Below, in pieces: positions 1 through 10,830 of a stretch of 46,686 nucleotides of DNA. The notes under the pieces are model-generated. The model made no database searches. It was not told where the DNA came from and saw nothing but the letters and a program-made list of their open reading frames with translations. The number at the start of each line of letters is the position of its first letter. Positions within the stretch are counted from its first letter, which is position 1. The position numbers and the translations under genes are program-made. The DNA is from an uncultured delta proteobacterium (GTDB taxonomy: Bacteria > Desulfobacterota > Binatia > Bin18), in contig CAVTCR010000061.1 of assembly GCA_963733195.1 (NCBI GenBank), positions 1-46,686 on the forward strand. The letters run 5' to 3'.

Positions 1-301
1 CGAACCACAGAACATTCGTACACTTTACCCGGTGGCCCCACGGACGTGTCATTCTGAGCCCAGAGACCCTTCGTTCCACTCAGGTCAACTCTGGTGTGCC
101 AATCTCCTGTGGTCCAATTTAGCCTTCGTGCCTCTTGTATCCTCAATCTGCCTTCTTGACAATCAGTCTTAGGGAATATATGTCCCAAGGACACTTTCTG
201 GTAGTGTCGGAGCCATATGGGAGGGGAGTGCGCGGAGCCCACCCGACCCGTGTAAATAGCAGCATGGACCAGAACTACTAATACACGTCGAGGGAATCTG
301 T

Positions 302-1844
302 ATGATCTCTATGACCACTTGCTTGTTTCGTTCTGAAGGATTTGTGGCTGTTCGTCGGAATGGGTTGCTTGTTGTTCTTTTAACTTTTGCGTTCAGCGTT
401 CTGTGGGGAGCTGCCTACGCAGAAACCGGAGCAGTGTCGGCGCGAACGTGGAAAACCGTAGCGGAACTCTCGCCCGAAGAGCGTGCCAACCATTGATTTC
501 TCTTCCACCACGCCACGCCATGCCGAGTTTCCTTATCTTCCGGCTGAACCTTTCCCGTTTGCTCCTCCGTATACTGCGGAAGAGATGGGGTTGCGGGCGA
601 TGGAGTTTGGCTATTGGCGGCGCTGGACGTCCTCTACCGTGCAAGCTTATGGGTCGGTCGATGCAAATGGCTACATGCCCACCTGGGGAAAATGCGTGAC
701 GTCCGTGTCGTATCACGTCCCCGATGGCATCGCTGGTCATCTCTACGCCAAACCTGGACAGAATGACTATAGCGCGCTGTTGCAATATCTGGCGCCGCCC
801 GAGCAGTACGGCAACCAAAGTCTCTACATTCGCTATCGCACCGATCAGACGTTCACCAAGAAGCAAGACACGTTTCGCTACTCCTCCGCATTGCGTCGCG
901 TGCGGCGGTTTCCGGCTCCACCGCGACAAGATAAATATCCTGCCTATCCGTATACCTATGACGATGATGTGGGGAGAGATGCGTGGGAGTACGACTGGAA
1001 ACTGCTCGGGACCGATGTGCTCTTATCAGACCGTGCGTTTTCCGGTGACGCGACCCACGATCACCCTGGCGAACGTCGAGGGTGGTTTCCGGAAGTTCCG
1101 ACGACCGCGATCAAACTGATGGGCGAGGCATACCCTTGGTACACACCGGAAGGTGGAGTGCGGGCGTATGTAGTGGAAGCCACCGCGAAACCTGACTGGC
1201 TGCCGAACTATTACGCCCCCCGCATCATCTACTGGTTGGATCAACAGACGTTCTTTCCGCTACGCATCGAGCAATATGGGCCGGACGGGAAATTGATCTT
1301 CGTCAGTGTGCGTCTTGGCGCGCTCATCAATCCAGCACTGGGAGAGCGCGGCTATGGCAGTGTGGCTCATGTCGATTGGAATCTCGGCGCTGATCTCCTG
1401 TCGTATCTGTTCACGGATGTCACGATGGAACAGCCGTGGACCGCAGCCGATCAAGCGCTCTTTTTTACGCCAGGATTTCTACCGCGCGAGTGGCGGCTCA
1501 CGAGCCTGAAGAGTCAGGCCGAGGTGCCCACGCCCCAAGAGTTCTTTCTCCGTCCCGCGTTGGAGGAAGAGAAATTCCCCGGGGACCGACGCATTGAACT
1601 TTCCGCAGAACTTCGTGCCCGTGTCCAAGCCCAGGAGCAGGCCGGTCGTCTGGTGTTTACAGGCGAGGAGATCGGAGGTTTACTGACTACCGCACTGAAG
1701 AAGGAAAAACATGACGATCCCACGAGGCGTGGAGAACCAGAACCCTCAACCTCTATGTGGCGAGTTGGCTCCGACCACGCGCCAACTAGTCACAGTAATG
1801 ATATTCTCAGCTCGTTAGGGAATCGGCGAAAAGCGAATAATTGA
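302..1844 (+). CDS. DUF1329-like exported protein (frameshifted near 487 and 1025-1090)
   Basis: Signal-peptide-like N-terminus in ORF 302-496 (..LWGAAYA) continues as TIDFSSTTPRHAEF in ORF 483-1844; motifs ALRRVRR, TYDDDVGRDAWEYDWKLLG and YWLDQQTF resemble the DUF1329 family. Confidence 0.65.
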
Positions 1845-1859
1845 TTGAAGGAGGCACGT

Positions 1860-3062
1860 ATGGAATTTGGTGTCTTTTATCTCCCGAGTATTGGCAATAA
1901 GCAGGAAATCTCACAGGGCATGGCGGGTCGCCGCACTGACCTGTATCAGCGTATGCTGTGGAATCTCGCCGAACAGGCGCAGTATCTCGACGCGCACGGA
2001 TACTACGGAGTCGCTTTTACTGAGCACCACTTCCATATTGAAGGTGAGGAAGTCTCCACCAATCCCATTTTGCTTGACATGTTTCTCGGCATGCAGACAA
2101 AGACGATGCGTGTCGGGCAACTAGGGCTGGTGTTGCCGTGCCAAAATCCTTTGCGCGTCGCCGAAGATGTGGCGATCCTTGATCAGGTGACCAAAGGCCG
2201 GGCGTTCGCCGGGTTCGCACGTGGCTATCAACCCCGCTGGGTCAACACCCTCGGCCAGCATTACGATACCTTGCGGGATAACGCGACCGACCCGGAACGG
2301 TATGAAGCGCTCAAGAAAGAGCTGTACGAAGAGCACTTCGAGATCATCATGAAGGCGTGGACGAAACCGACCTTCTCGCATCACGGCAAACACTGGCAGA
2401 TTCCGCCGCCTAACACCTTCTGGGCTGCACACGAAGTGACACGGCAGTACGGTCAAGGTGTTGATGACCGTGGCATGCTCACGGAGATTGGCACGGTGCC
2501 GGAAACCTACCAGAAGCCGCACCCGCCGCTGTTTCAGCCGTTCAGTTTCTCCGAGTCCTCAGTGAAATGGGCAGCACGCCACAACGTCGTGCCGATTACC
2601 ATCGTTTGTGACCCGGAGATTTGCCTCGGACAATTTCGTGCGTGTCAGGCGGGTGCTGCTGAAGTTGGCAAAACTCTGCCGTTAGGAAAAGGCATTGGTC
2701 TCGCCCGTGAAGTAGTTGTTGCTGACACTGACGAAGAAGCAATGGCGATCGGCCGTGAGAGTGGGTGTTTCATCTGGACGAAATTTTTCGAGCCTTTTGG
2801 TTTTAACTCCGCGCTGATCAAACCCGGCGAAGACTACAAGACGATTCCCAACACGTTTGAGTCGATGTGTGAACGCGGCCTCACACTTTGTGGCAGTCCT
2901 GACACGGTGGCCCGCCAGATCGAACGTATACTGAAACAACTCCCTGCCGAATATTTCTGGCTGTATGTGTACAACGAACTCGTGCCCCATAAGGCGATGA
3001 TGCGGAGTTTTGAATTGCTGACCAAGAAAGTGTTGCCGCACTTCTCGGACAAAGTCGCGTAG
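1860..3062 (+). CDS. LLM-class flavin-dependent oxidoreductase (luciferase-like monooxygenase)
   Basis: MEFGVF start after AAGGAGG; FTEHHF, NPLRVAEDVAILDQVTKGR, ARGYQ and YQKPHPP motifs. Confidence 0.92.
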   Translation: MEFGVFYLPSIGNKQEISQGMAGRRTDLYQRMLWNLAEQAQYLDAHGYYGVAFTEHHFHIEGEEVSTNPILLDMFLGMQTKTMRVGQLGLVLPCQNPLRVAEDVAILDQVTKGRAFAGFARGYQPRWVNTLGQHYDTLRDNATDPERYEALKKELYEEHFEIIMKAWTKPTFSHHGKHWQIPPPNTFWAAHEVTRQYGQGVDDRGMLTEIGTVPETYQKPHPPLFQPFSFSESSVKWAARHNVVPITIVCDPEICLGQFRACQAGAAEVGKTLPLGKGIGLAREVVVADTDEEAMAIGRESGCFIWTKFFEPFGFNSALIKPGEDYKTIPNTFESMCERGLTLCGSPDTVARQIERILKQLPAEYFWLYVYNELVPHKAMMRSFELLTKKVLPHFSDKVA

Positions 3063-3079
3063 TCCCGTTGATCAGCAAG

Positions 3080-3171
3080 CTCATGCCGGAAACGCTCTGC
3101 TTATTCCAGCCTACGTAATTAGAGTGCCACTGCTGGCCTGCCCCCTCCTTCGGGGGGCTTGTCCAGCAGTG
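3080..3171. repeat. GTAG-type REP-like palindrome plus a CACTGCTGG...CCAGCAGTG hairpin (3128-3171)
   Basis: GCCGGAAACGCT..TTCC.GCCTAC recurs near 15335-15365 and 18385-18420; inverted repeat visible directly. Confidence 0.6.
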
Positions 3172-3196
3172 CTGTCTAGCTAAAGGAGAATCGCAT

Positions 3197-4699
3197 ATGT
3201 CAGCGAATGGAAAATCAAAATCAAAGGCAATCCGTGCACACTTGAGTCATCCGGTGATCGATTCTGATGGTCATTGGCGGGAATATGAACCGCTGGCCAT
3301 GGACTACCTGAAAGAAGAGGCTGGACCGAAACTCGTCGAAAAGTGGACGTCCCGAGTTCGTGCGCTCGGGCAAGGGGCATTTGCCAAGTTGACGAAACAA
3401 GAGCGGCACGACCAGCGCGTCGGACAGCCGCCGTGGTGGGCGTTAGCGACTCCTAATACACTCGATACTGCAACATCCTTTATTCCCCGCCTGATGCATG
3501 ATCGACTCGAAGACATGGGGCTAGATTTCGCGATTTTGTATCCTTCGGCATCGCAATTGTTTGCGCCGTACGTCGGAGATGAAGAACTGCGGCTGGCCGG
3601 GTGTCGGGCTTTTAATCGTTATGCTGCGGAAACCTGGGCGGAATACACCGATCGCGTCGCTCCAATTGGCGTGATTCCTATGCACACGCCGCAGGAAGCT
3701 GTTGCTGAGTTGGAACATTGCAAATCGCTAGGGATCAAGGCTGTTGCTATGGGCAGTTTAATCCGCCGCTCGATTCCTGCCGCGGAGAAACAAGGTATGA
3801 GTCGCCGATTTGCGTATTGGGTCGACGTGTTAGGCATGGACAGTGACTATGATTATGACCCTGTGTGGCGCAAGTGTGAGGAACTGGGCTATCCAGCGAC
3901 ATTTCATTCCGCTGCCGAGAATATGGGATTACGCAATTCGCTGACTAATTTCGTCTATAACCACATTGGTCACTTCGGTGAAGCAGGCAACGCGGTGTGT
4001 AAGGCACTGTTTCTTGGCGGTGTCACTCGTCGTTTCCCGCGTATGCGGTTTGCGTTTCTCGAAGGCGGTGTCGCCTGGGGATGCAGTGTATTCGCTGATC
4101 TCATCTCCCATTGGGAGAAGCGCAACGGCAATGTGATCCAAGAACTCAACCCAGCAAATCTTGACCGTGCCAAGCTGGGCGAACTCATCAAGCAATATGG
4201 CGGAGAGAAGATGTACAGCCGCTGGCCAGAGTTCGAAGCGCAGATGATCAGTGGCATGGGCAGCGCGCTGCCTGATGAACTCGACGACTTTGCTGCCTGC
4301 AAGATTACCAAGAAAGAAGACCTCCGTGATCTGTTTGTACCGAACTTCTTCTTTGGTTGTGAGTCTGACGATCCGACACTGAACTATGCCTTTGCTTCCA
4401 AGGTTAATCCGTTCGGAGCCAAGCTTGGTGCGCTGCTGAGTTCCGATATCAGCCACTTCGACGTGCCGGATATGACGGAAGTGTTGGAGGAAGCCTGGGA
4501 ACTTGTCGAAGAGAAGGGCATGTCGGAAGAGGATTTCCACGCCTTCACCTTTGGCAATGCGGTTAAGCTATGGGCGAGTCTCAATCCGGATTTTTTCAAA
4601 GGTACGGTGGTGGAGTCACAGGTGCGCAAGCTGCAAGCGGAGATGGTGGTAAGGAGGCCCCCCCTCCTCATCGGGCGTGAAGATGAAGCGAGTAGTTGA
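3197..4699 (+). CDS. Amidohydrolase family protein (Amidohydro_2-like)
   Basis: VIDSDGH metal motif, YDPVW..C.ELG..ATFH, GGVTRRFP.MRFAFLEGGVAW, SSDISHFDV; strong RBS AAAGGAGA. Confidence 0.9.
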   Translation: MSANGKSKSKAIRAHLSHPVIDSDGHWREYEPLAMDYLKEEAGPKLVEKWTSRVRALGQGAFAKLTKQERHDQRVGQPPWWALATPNTLDTATSFIPRLMHDRLEDMGLDFAILYPSASQLFAPYVGDEELRLAGCRAFNRYAAETWAEYTDRVAPIGVIPMHTPQEAVAELEHCKSLGIKAVAMGSLIRRSIPAAEKQGMSRRFAYWVDVLGMDSDYDYDPVWRKCEELGYPATFHSAAENMGLRNSLTNFVYNHIGHFGEAGNAVCKALFLGGVTRRFPRMRFAFLEGGVAWGCSVFADLISHWEKRNGNVIQELNPANLDRAKLGELIKQYGGEKMYSRWPEFEAQMISGMGSALPDELDDFAACKITKKEDLRDLFVPNFFFGCESDDPTLNYAFASKVNPFGAKLGALLSSDISHFDVPDMTEVLEEAWELVEEKGMSEEDFHAFTFGNAVKLWASLNPDFFKGTVVESQVRKLQAEMVVRRPPLLIGREDEASS

Positions 4700-4777
4700 C
4701 AGCCTGAGCATGGAGAAGACACGCCTGCAACCACAGATCAAATGGGCTATTTCAGTAACACTATACAGGAGGACCTG

Positions 4778-5244
4778 ATGGCAAATACTGCTCACGACCA
4801 AATGCACTACGGAACTTCCGCTTCGATACCAAAGAAGTGGACTGGAAAGACTTCATCACCACCGGCTGTTACTACAAATTGCTCGATGTCAACGTGGCGG
4901 CCCGTACGGCGGATATGATCGTCAAATTCGAGCCCGGTGCTCGCTGCATGTACCATCGTCACGTCGCGCCAGCGACCAGCCTCGTTCTTGAGGGCGAGCT
5001 GCACATTATCGATCAGACAGAGGCAGGAGAAAAACTCCGGACCATCAAACCAGCTGGCACTTTTACCAGTGGGGTCGAAGACGACATGCATGTCGAAGGT
5101 GGAGGTGAGAACGGGGTGATCGTCTACTTCTCGATGCGTGGCTCCTCAGACCGCATCTATGATCTACTCGACTCGAATCTCAATCTCAAGCGCGCGATCA
5201 CCATTCACGACTTCGCCAAGGACTTAGCCTATTGGTCGCGCTAA
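4778..5244 (+). CDS. Cupin-fold protein (ChrR/cupin_7-like), 5-prime frameshift
   Basis: ATG 4778 after AGGAGG; KFEPGARCMYHRH, LVLEGELH and DDMHVEGGG cupin motifs in ORF 4837-5244. Confidence 0.7.
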
Positions 5245-5294
5245 GTGAAGTTTAGTAACCCAGTTTGCACGTAAATTGCGAAGGCGACACTGGG

Positions 5295-5492
5295 TTCCTT
5301 CTCCCTCCGGGAGAAGGTCAGGATGAGGGAAAGAAAAGATTGTCGAATGGCGAGTGCGAATTGCGGATTGAGCAGACAATGACCGAGACTGTACTCCTCC
5401 CCAAACCTGCAATTCCCGATCCCAATTGGTATCCCCTCACCCTTGCCTCCTCCGACTACGCGAAGGACAAGCTCTCCCGGAGGGAGAGGGGA
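5295..5492. repeat. Pair of CCCTCTCCC-NNN-GGGAGAGG-type REP-like elements in inverted arrangement
   Basis: TTCCTTCTCCCTCCGGGAGAAGGTCAGGATGAGGG at 5295-5329, near-identical copy at about 8013-8048, inverted related copy at about 5433-5492. Confidence 0.65.
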
Positions 5493-5557
5493 TTGGCTGC
5501 GGTATCCTATCAACGGGCACAACTTGTTCCGAACAGTATTGAACACTGGACACACTA

Positions 5558-5833
5558 ATGTCGTATAAGACCTTTCTTATTACTCGCCAGGGCAGTCGCG
5601 ACCGTGATATTCAACCGCCCCGAGAAGCTCAATCCGATAGCGAAGTGGGCTGAGTTTGTGAAGCCTGAAGGAGAGAACAACAATGGAGAACTAGCACTGA
5701 TCGCGTCGGGGTTTGCCAATCCCACTGGAGTGGTGTTCCTTGGTAACCGGCTCTTCGTCTCAGACATCAACGGCGACTTTTATGTCGGTAGCGGGAACTT
5801 CCTGATGGGTTCATCGTGGCCATCGAGGTTTAG
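5558..5833 (+). pseudogene. Chimeric remnant: enoyl-CoA hydratase N-terminus joined to the C-terminal fragment of a beta-propeller-like protein
   Basis: MSYKTFLITRQG/VATVIFNRPEKLNPI is a typical crotonase start; it is followed by LIASGFANPTGVVFLGNRLFVSDINGD...FIVAIEV-stop. Confidence 0.55.
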
Positions 5834-5985
5834 TAAATTGACGTCCATCCGATGAAAGTTTCGGCGTCCTTAGTCAAGACGCGCGCAACCTTTATCGAAG
5901 GGTGGTGGACCACCCTGGGATGGTCCACGAGATTACGCACGCCATTATCAAGCCGTTTACTATTGAGGGTTGAAAAAGAAAGGGT

Positions 5986-6574
5986 TCAGAACAGAGGCCC
6001 CATCACCTCGACCTTGACCTCGCCGTTGTTGATCGCCGGGGCCAGGATGTTCATCAGTTCCATGCGCTGATTATTGGTTAGCAGCCCAAACGCGGCGCGA
6101 AAGGTCTCCTTATCCTCATCGGTCCAGCGTTTGGCCGCAACAGCGGTAGTCACCACACTTGATGCGCTTTGATATGCCGAACGGTTCTCTGGCGTATTGA
6201 GAATTTTGGCTTCGGCTATTGCTTCTTCTTTCGCCCGCTGCGCCTCGGGACTCTCTTGCGCTACTGCGTTACGGACTTCTTCGCGGATGATTTGCGCGAG
6301 GTCTTGTCGTGAGACTTCGCTATTCGCTGGCGCGGTCACCTGCGCTGGTTCGGGACGGGTGGTTTTTGTCTGGCTGTTTTGCATAGCCTGCGTCAACGCT
6401 GTCACGGCTTGCTCGAGTTTCACTAACCGTTGGTCATTCTCAGAGGTGGCAGTGGGCTTGCTGCTCCGGCAGCGGAGGTAGTTGTGTCATCCAGGCAAAA
6501 ACTCCTGCGCCCAAGATGAGGCCAATACTTACCGTCACAATTGTCGTCACAAGTCCTTTGTTCCGTGCTGTCAT
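5986..6574 (-). CDS. Membrane-anchored GPLF protein, copy 1 (N-terminal TM helix, helical C-domain); frameshift near 6450; RBS displaced by ISL3
   Basis: MTARNKGLVTTIVTVSIGLILGAGVFAWMTQLPPLP joins ORF 5986-6423 ending INNGEVKVEVMGPLF; paralogous to 10831-11420 and 37624-38208. Confidence 0.75.
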
Positions 6575-6586
6575 AATTTGGGTTTC

Positions 6587-7958
6587 GGCTCTTCTCCAAA
6601 GTGAGTGGGTAAATTGCACATGATTTTAGATCTCCGGAAGCATGCAGGTGAGGATCTTCAGACGCAGATACTCCTCGTCACGCAACCCGTAGGCGCGGCG
6701 CTGGAGGACCCGGATCTTATTGTTCACCCCTTCGACGAATCCCAAGGCGACCTTATTGTCGGGGTGACAATACGCGGCAATCCCGTCCCAATGGCGATCA
6801 ATCAACGCGGCAAACTTCTCATACGGCCGCAGGCGTTGCCACTTCAGGGCCGCCCGCCAATTCTCAAAGAAGCGCCGCGCCCAGCCTTCCTTCTCATAGT
6901 CCCACAATTGGCCGAAGGACTCCTTGAGCAAGTAGGCGGTGTTCAGCCGCTTGTTCGCGGCCAGCAGGACCTTCAAGCTGTGCCGCGCGTCGCTCGTGAG
7001 ATTCGCCCGATGCGAGAGCAGCGTGTACTTCTGCCCCTTGATGTAGCGCCGGTCTTTGCCGCTGAGCCGCCGGTACTCGGCCTTGCGCACGGCGTCGAGG
7101 GCGTCGCCCAGATGGCACATGATGTGAAACTTGTCGAACAGGATCGCTGCCTGCGGTGCATGACGTCATGGTGACGTTGCGAAACGGCTTCCACATATCC
7201 ATTACCGCCAAGCGAATCCCTGCGGTCTTCTTCTGCCCCAGCCAGGCATAGAACTCACCCATACTCGCTTCCGATCGGTCCTGTCCGCCGAACCACAGCA
7301 CGCGCCGTCGGAGCAAGTCGCTGACCACGATCCGATAGGTATGGCCTTTGCGGATCGCAATCTCGTCGATGCCGATGACACGGGGGCCTGGCGTGCCCGC
7401 TCTCCGCAACTGCTCACGCATGTACTGCTTCTCCAGCTCTTTGACCGTCTTCCAATCCAAGTGCAGTTCCCGCGCCACATCGCGCAGCGTGGCCGTGCGA
7501 CACCGTCGCCCCACAAAGAAGGCAAAGCGGTTGGTATAGAAGGGATTGTCGGCCAGCCAGGGAATCTTCTCTTGCTTCACGGCTCCGCACCGGAGGCACC
7601 AGACGCGACGTACCTCGATCTCCAAGTACACGCGCGTATCGCCACACGACAAGTCGCGGACCTGTCTCACTTTGTGATCGTAGAAGGTCCGGGCCGCCGT
7701 GCCACACACCCCACAGCGTGTTTTTTTCCGCGCCGGACCAGACACAAAATGCGGGCTCTGGGATCACCGAAGACTCCCCGCACGGTCGCGCTCGGGCGAA
7801 ACCCAGCGAAACGATATGTATCGATCAGTCGTCGCAGTGTAGGCATTGCGCAAGCATGCCACGTTTTTCCACACTGCAACACTCCGCAAACACTGATCCA
7901 GAGCCACTTTCCTACCTCTCAGTTCGACTTTTTTACCCACTCGATTGGGAGAAGATCC
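6587..7958 (-). mobile_element. ISL3-family insertion sequence
   Basis: 27-bp imperfect terminal inverted repeats GGCTCTTCTCCAAAGTGAGTGGGTAAA / GGATCTTCTCCCAATCGAGTGGGTAAA (4 mismatches); imperfect 8-bp flanking duplication (tgggtttc / tttgtttc); ISL3 transposase inside. Confidence 0.9.
6626..7846 (-). CDS. ISL3 DDE transposase (split over three frames)
   Basis: Zinc finger CGVCG...VWCLRCG, IGIDE, AVMDMWKPF, FDKFH, VEGVNNKIRVLQRRAYGLRD; frame changes at the A7 run 7721-7727 and near 7165. Confidence 0.9.
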
Positions 7959-8201
7959 TTTGTTTCCTTTCGTGAAAATGTTAGGCACTCATTATGCCCG
8001 GACGGCTTCAGGTTCCTTCTCCCACTCGGGAGAAGGTCAGGATGAGGGGAGGAAAGAGAGGGAGGGGGCTGCACCTCGCGATGCAGCCCGGGGGAACGGA
8101 ATACTTGATGATGCAGTAGAGGCTTTCCTCTCCCTTATCGAGAGCCCATGAGGTCCTATCGCGCGACAGGCCGGGCCCCCGCTGGGGGTAGGCAGTGCCC
8201 G

Positions 8202-8744
8202 CTACGGTGCTTCACAGACCTGGACGTCAAGGTCCCCAGTGCAGCGCTTATTGAAGATGCCTTCACTGTCGTAGTAGACGCCAGTAGTATTGGCCGTTTG
8301 GGTACTTGAGTCTGCAGCTATAGCCAGCGAATGCGATACCGGTATCGATGTCATTGAAGACGGCGGAACCCCATACCCCTTCCAGGACCTGGCAGTCCTG
8401 TTTCGCATTCGCTAGCCGTTTCTCTGCTGGCGAGGGCTTTGGTGGGGGCTTTGGACCGCTGCCCCCCCCGCTGGGGACACTCCCGCCTCCACCTCCACCT
8501 CCGCCTCCACTGTCCCCACCCGGCGTACCGTTCGGCGCGCCTCCCCCCGTATGGCCGCCCCAGTTCGGCGGAGTCCAAGGGGCGTCGTACCTTCAATCTC
8601 GATCACCTCTTCCCCGATATCAATCATGGCGCTTGCGGTGGCGGGCACGAGTTGGCCCGCGAGCGCGAGCACCAGCGCACCGCCGCCGATCCACCGTGAC
8701 CACTTCCCCACATTTTCCTTACTTTTCTTCAGATTCGCTTTCAT
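8202..8744 (-). CDS. Secreted Gly/Pro-rich protein with a 4-Cys C-terminal domain (two frameshifts)
   Basis: Rebuilt: MKANLKK..signal peptide..ASA-MIDIGEEVIEIEG-PWTPPNWGGHTGGGAPNGTPGGDSGGGGGGGGGSVPSGGGSGPKPPPKP..QDC..YSC..KRC..QVCEAP; same RBS/start block as the small secreted family. Confidence 0.65.
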
Positions 8745-8903
8745 GATGTCATTCTCCTTTCGATTAAGCTGTTAGCTGTTAGCTCTTAGCTATGAGCCGT
8801 TAGTTAGTGGTTAGTCGTTCGATCTCCGATTGCCAATTTGCTGCTTCTTTCCTTTATTTCGCCTCCTTTCTCTATCGCAGTGCACTGTTTGTTCTGCTTA
8901 GAG

Positions 8904-8934
8904 AGGCGTAACAAATGATGGAACAATTGTTCAC
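8904..8934 (-). promoter_or_regulatory. Conserved 31-bp upstream element, copy 1
   Basis: AGGCGTAACAAATGATGGAACAATTGTTCAC, 160 bp upstream of ATG 8744. Confidence 0.85.
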
Positions 8935-9131
8935 TGCGGGGAGGGAGAACGAGATAGAGATGAGAGACAGAGATAGAGAAGGGAGACAGAGATAGAAAGG
9001 GGAGAGAGACAGCGAAGGAGAAGAGGTGTAGGCCGTAGGCTGAAGGGAAAAGGAGAAATGGCGAAATGGCGAAAAGGGGAAACGGCGAAAAGCGGAGTAG
9101 CGTGCGCTGTGCGAACGAGGATAACTAGTTT

Positions 9132-10289
9132 TCACACCGGTAGTTCGTGAAGAAACTCTAAGAGCGGTATGACCTCAACATCGTCTAGGCGTTGTCGACG
9201 GGGCCCCAGAAACACTACGATCAACCGCTTCACACGCTTCGTGCGCTGTGCGAAGGAGAATAACCCGCTGAGCGAGGCGCGCGACACCTGGCGTGCCGCT
9301 TTCACTTCGACTGCCCATAACTCGCGCCCAATCTCCAACACAAAATCAACTTCTGCTCCGTGTTTAGTGCGGTAATGATACACGGCAAGTTCCGGCCATA
9401 GAGTACCGATCCGTCGATGTAGCTCTTGTGCGAGCAAGTGTTCTAGCAAGAGCCCACGCTCGTCGTCTAAACAACGATCCAATGGGCGGCGCAACAGAGC
9501 GTTGCGTACACCCGAGTCAAAGAAAAAGAGCTTGGGATGAGCGATCAGACTGGCGCGGTCTGAGCCGCTCCACGCAGGCACGCGAAAGACCAGCAGCGTA
9601 TCTTCCAGGACTTCCACATACCGACGCGCGGTTTCATAACTCACCGCAGCATCACGACATAAGGCATTGAGGTTGAGAATAGTTCCAGAGGAGGCTGCCA
9701 TAACGTCGAGTAAACGTGCGTACCCGCCTAGGTCGCGAACCAGCGCTTCGGCTTGAATCTCTTCGCGTAAATACGCATCGACATATCCACGCAAGTCCTG
9801 CGCTCGGACGTCGGGATCCCGTTCAGCGTAAATGCCAGGCAACGTGCCGTGGGCGAAGGCACGGTTCACATCAAACTCTGCCCCTAACTCCTGTTCGAGC
9901 AGTGGGTGCAGATAGTGGAGATGGACACGGCCAGGCAAGAGATTGGCCTGCCCACGACGCAGCTTGCGCGCGCTGGAACCGGACAAGAGGAACCGGAACC
10001 GTTTGGGCTGTTCATCAACCAGGGTCTGCACGACATCCAACAAGGCAGGCACCCGTTGGACCTCATCGAGAGAGATGGTGCGAATGCTCTCTCCTACTGC
10101 GCGCAGTTCACTCTCCAGTCGTTCAGGATGCATCACATAATCGCGAAACGTGGTTGGGCTGGTAAAGTTGAGAACAAGGTCTGGCTTCAATGACGCAAGC
10201 AAGGTGGATTTGCCGACCTGCCGGGGCCCCAACAGCAGCAGGCTGCGGTGGCTGTCACTAATTTTGGGTAGTAGCGAACGTTTATACAT
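9132..10289 (-). CDS. AAA_14 ATPase with DUF4143 / PD-(D/E)xK-like C-terminus
   Basis: GPRQVGKST Walker A, LDEVQR Walker B, LSGSSA, HPKLFFFDSG, YRTKHGAEVDFV and AVEVK. Confidence 0.9.
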   Translation of the reverse strand: MYKRSLLPKISDSHRSLLLLGPRQVGKSTLLASLKPDLVLNFTSPTTFRDYVMHPERLESELRAVGESIRTISLDEVQRVPALLDVVQTLVDEQPKRFRFLLSGSSARKLRRGQANLLPGRVHLHYLHPLLEQELGAEFDVNRAFAHGTLPGIYAERDPDVRAQDLRGYVDAYLREEIQAEALVRDLGGYARLLDVMAASSGTILNLNALCRDAAVSYETARRYVEVLEDTLLVFRVPAWSGSDRASLIAHPKLFFFDSGVRNALLRRPLDRCLDDERGLLLEHLLAQELHRRIGTLWPELAVYHYRTKHGAEVDFVLEIGRELWAVEVKAARQVSRASLSGLFSFAQRTKRVKRLIVVFLGPRRQRLDDVEVIPLLEFLHELPV

Positions 10290-10353
10290 ATGGGTAATTT
10301 ACCCGGTATTTTACCCATATACAAGAACAAAGAAGAGGGTTCCTTGTAGAGGT

Positions 10354-10665
10354 TCATGTGGCCGTAGATGATTCGGCTGGAACAAAAGGCGGCTTATCCA
10401 GGCCCAAGCGCTTCACTCTGTCTTCTTCACGCGCACGCTCGGCTTGCAATAACTCTTGATTGTGTACGGCGTAATCGATAGCCTCACGCACAGCCTCAAC
10501 GGGAAGATCATAGTCCTGAGCGACTTCTTCCGGCGTACGAGACTCCGCACCAACAGTGCAACGATACAACACCTCGGCACGGATATGTCGTCCTTTGATC
10601 CAAAGCTGGTGGTACTGTGAGCTGGGACGACATTCAAGGTAGTGATAGTCAGCGTGTTTTGCCAT
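10354..10665 (-). CDS. DUF433-like (antitoxin-type HTH) protein
   Basis: QLWIKGRHIRAEVL...TPEEVAQDYDLPVEAVREAIDY matches the DUF433 pattern; start MAKHAD at 10665. Confidence 0.65.
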   Translation of the reverse strand: MAKHADYHYLECRPSSQYHQLWIKGRHIRAEVLYRCTVGAESRTPEEVAQDYDLPVEAVREAIDYAVHNQELLQAERAREEDRVKRLGLDKPPFVPAESSTAT

Positions 10666-10830
10666 AGGAGACCTACCGAAGGAATTACGATGTATTGCCC
10701 ACCATTGTGACATGAGGAGACAGCAGGAGCAACGGACAAACAACAAGCAGCCACTGAGCGTTTCGTAGCCTGAGGAGGGTAGTATCCCCTCCTCAACGAT
10801 TCTCTCGACGTTCGCATCGTTTCCTTAGCC

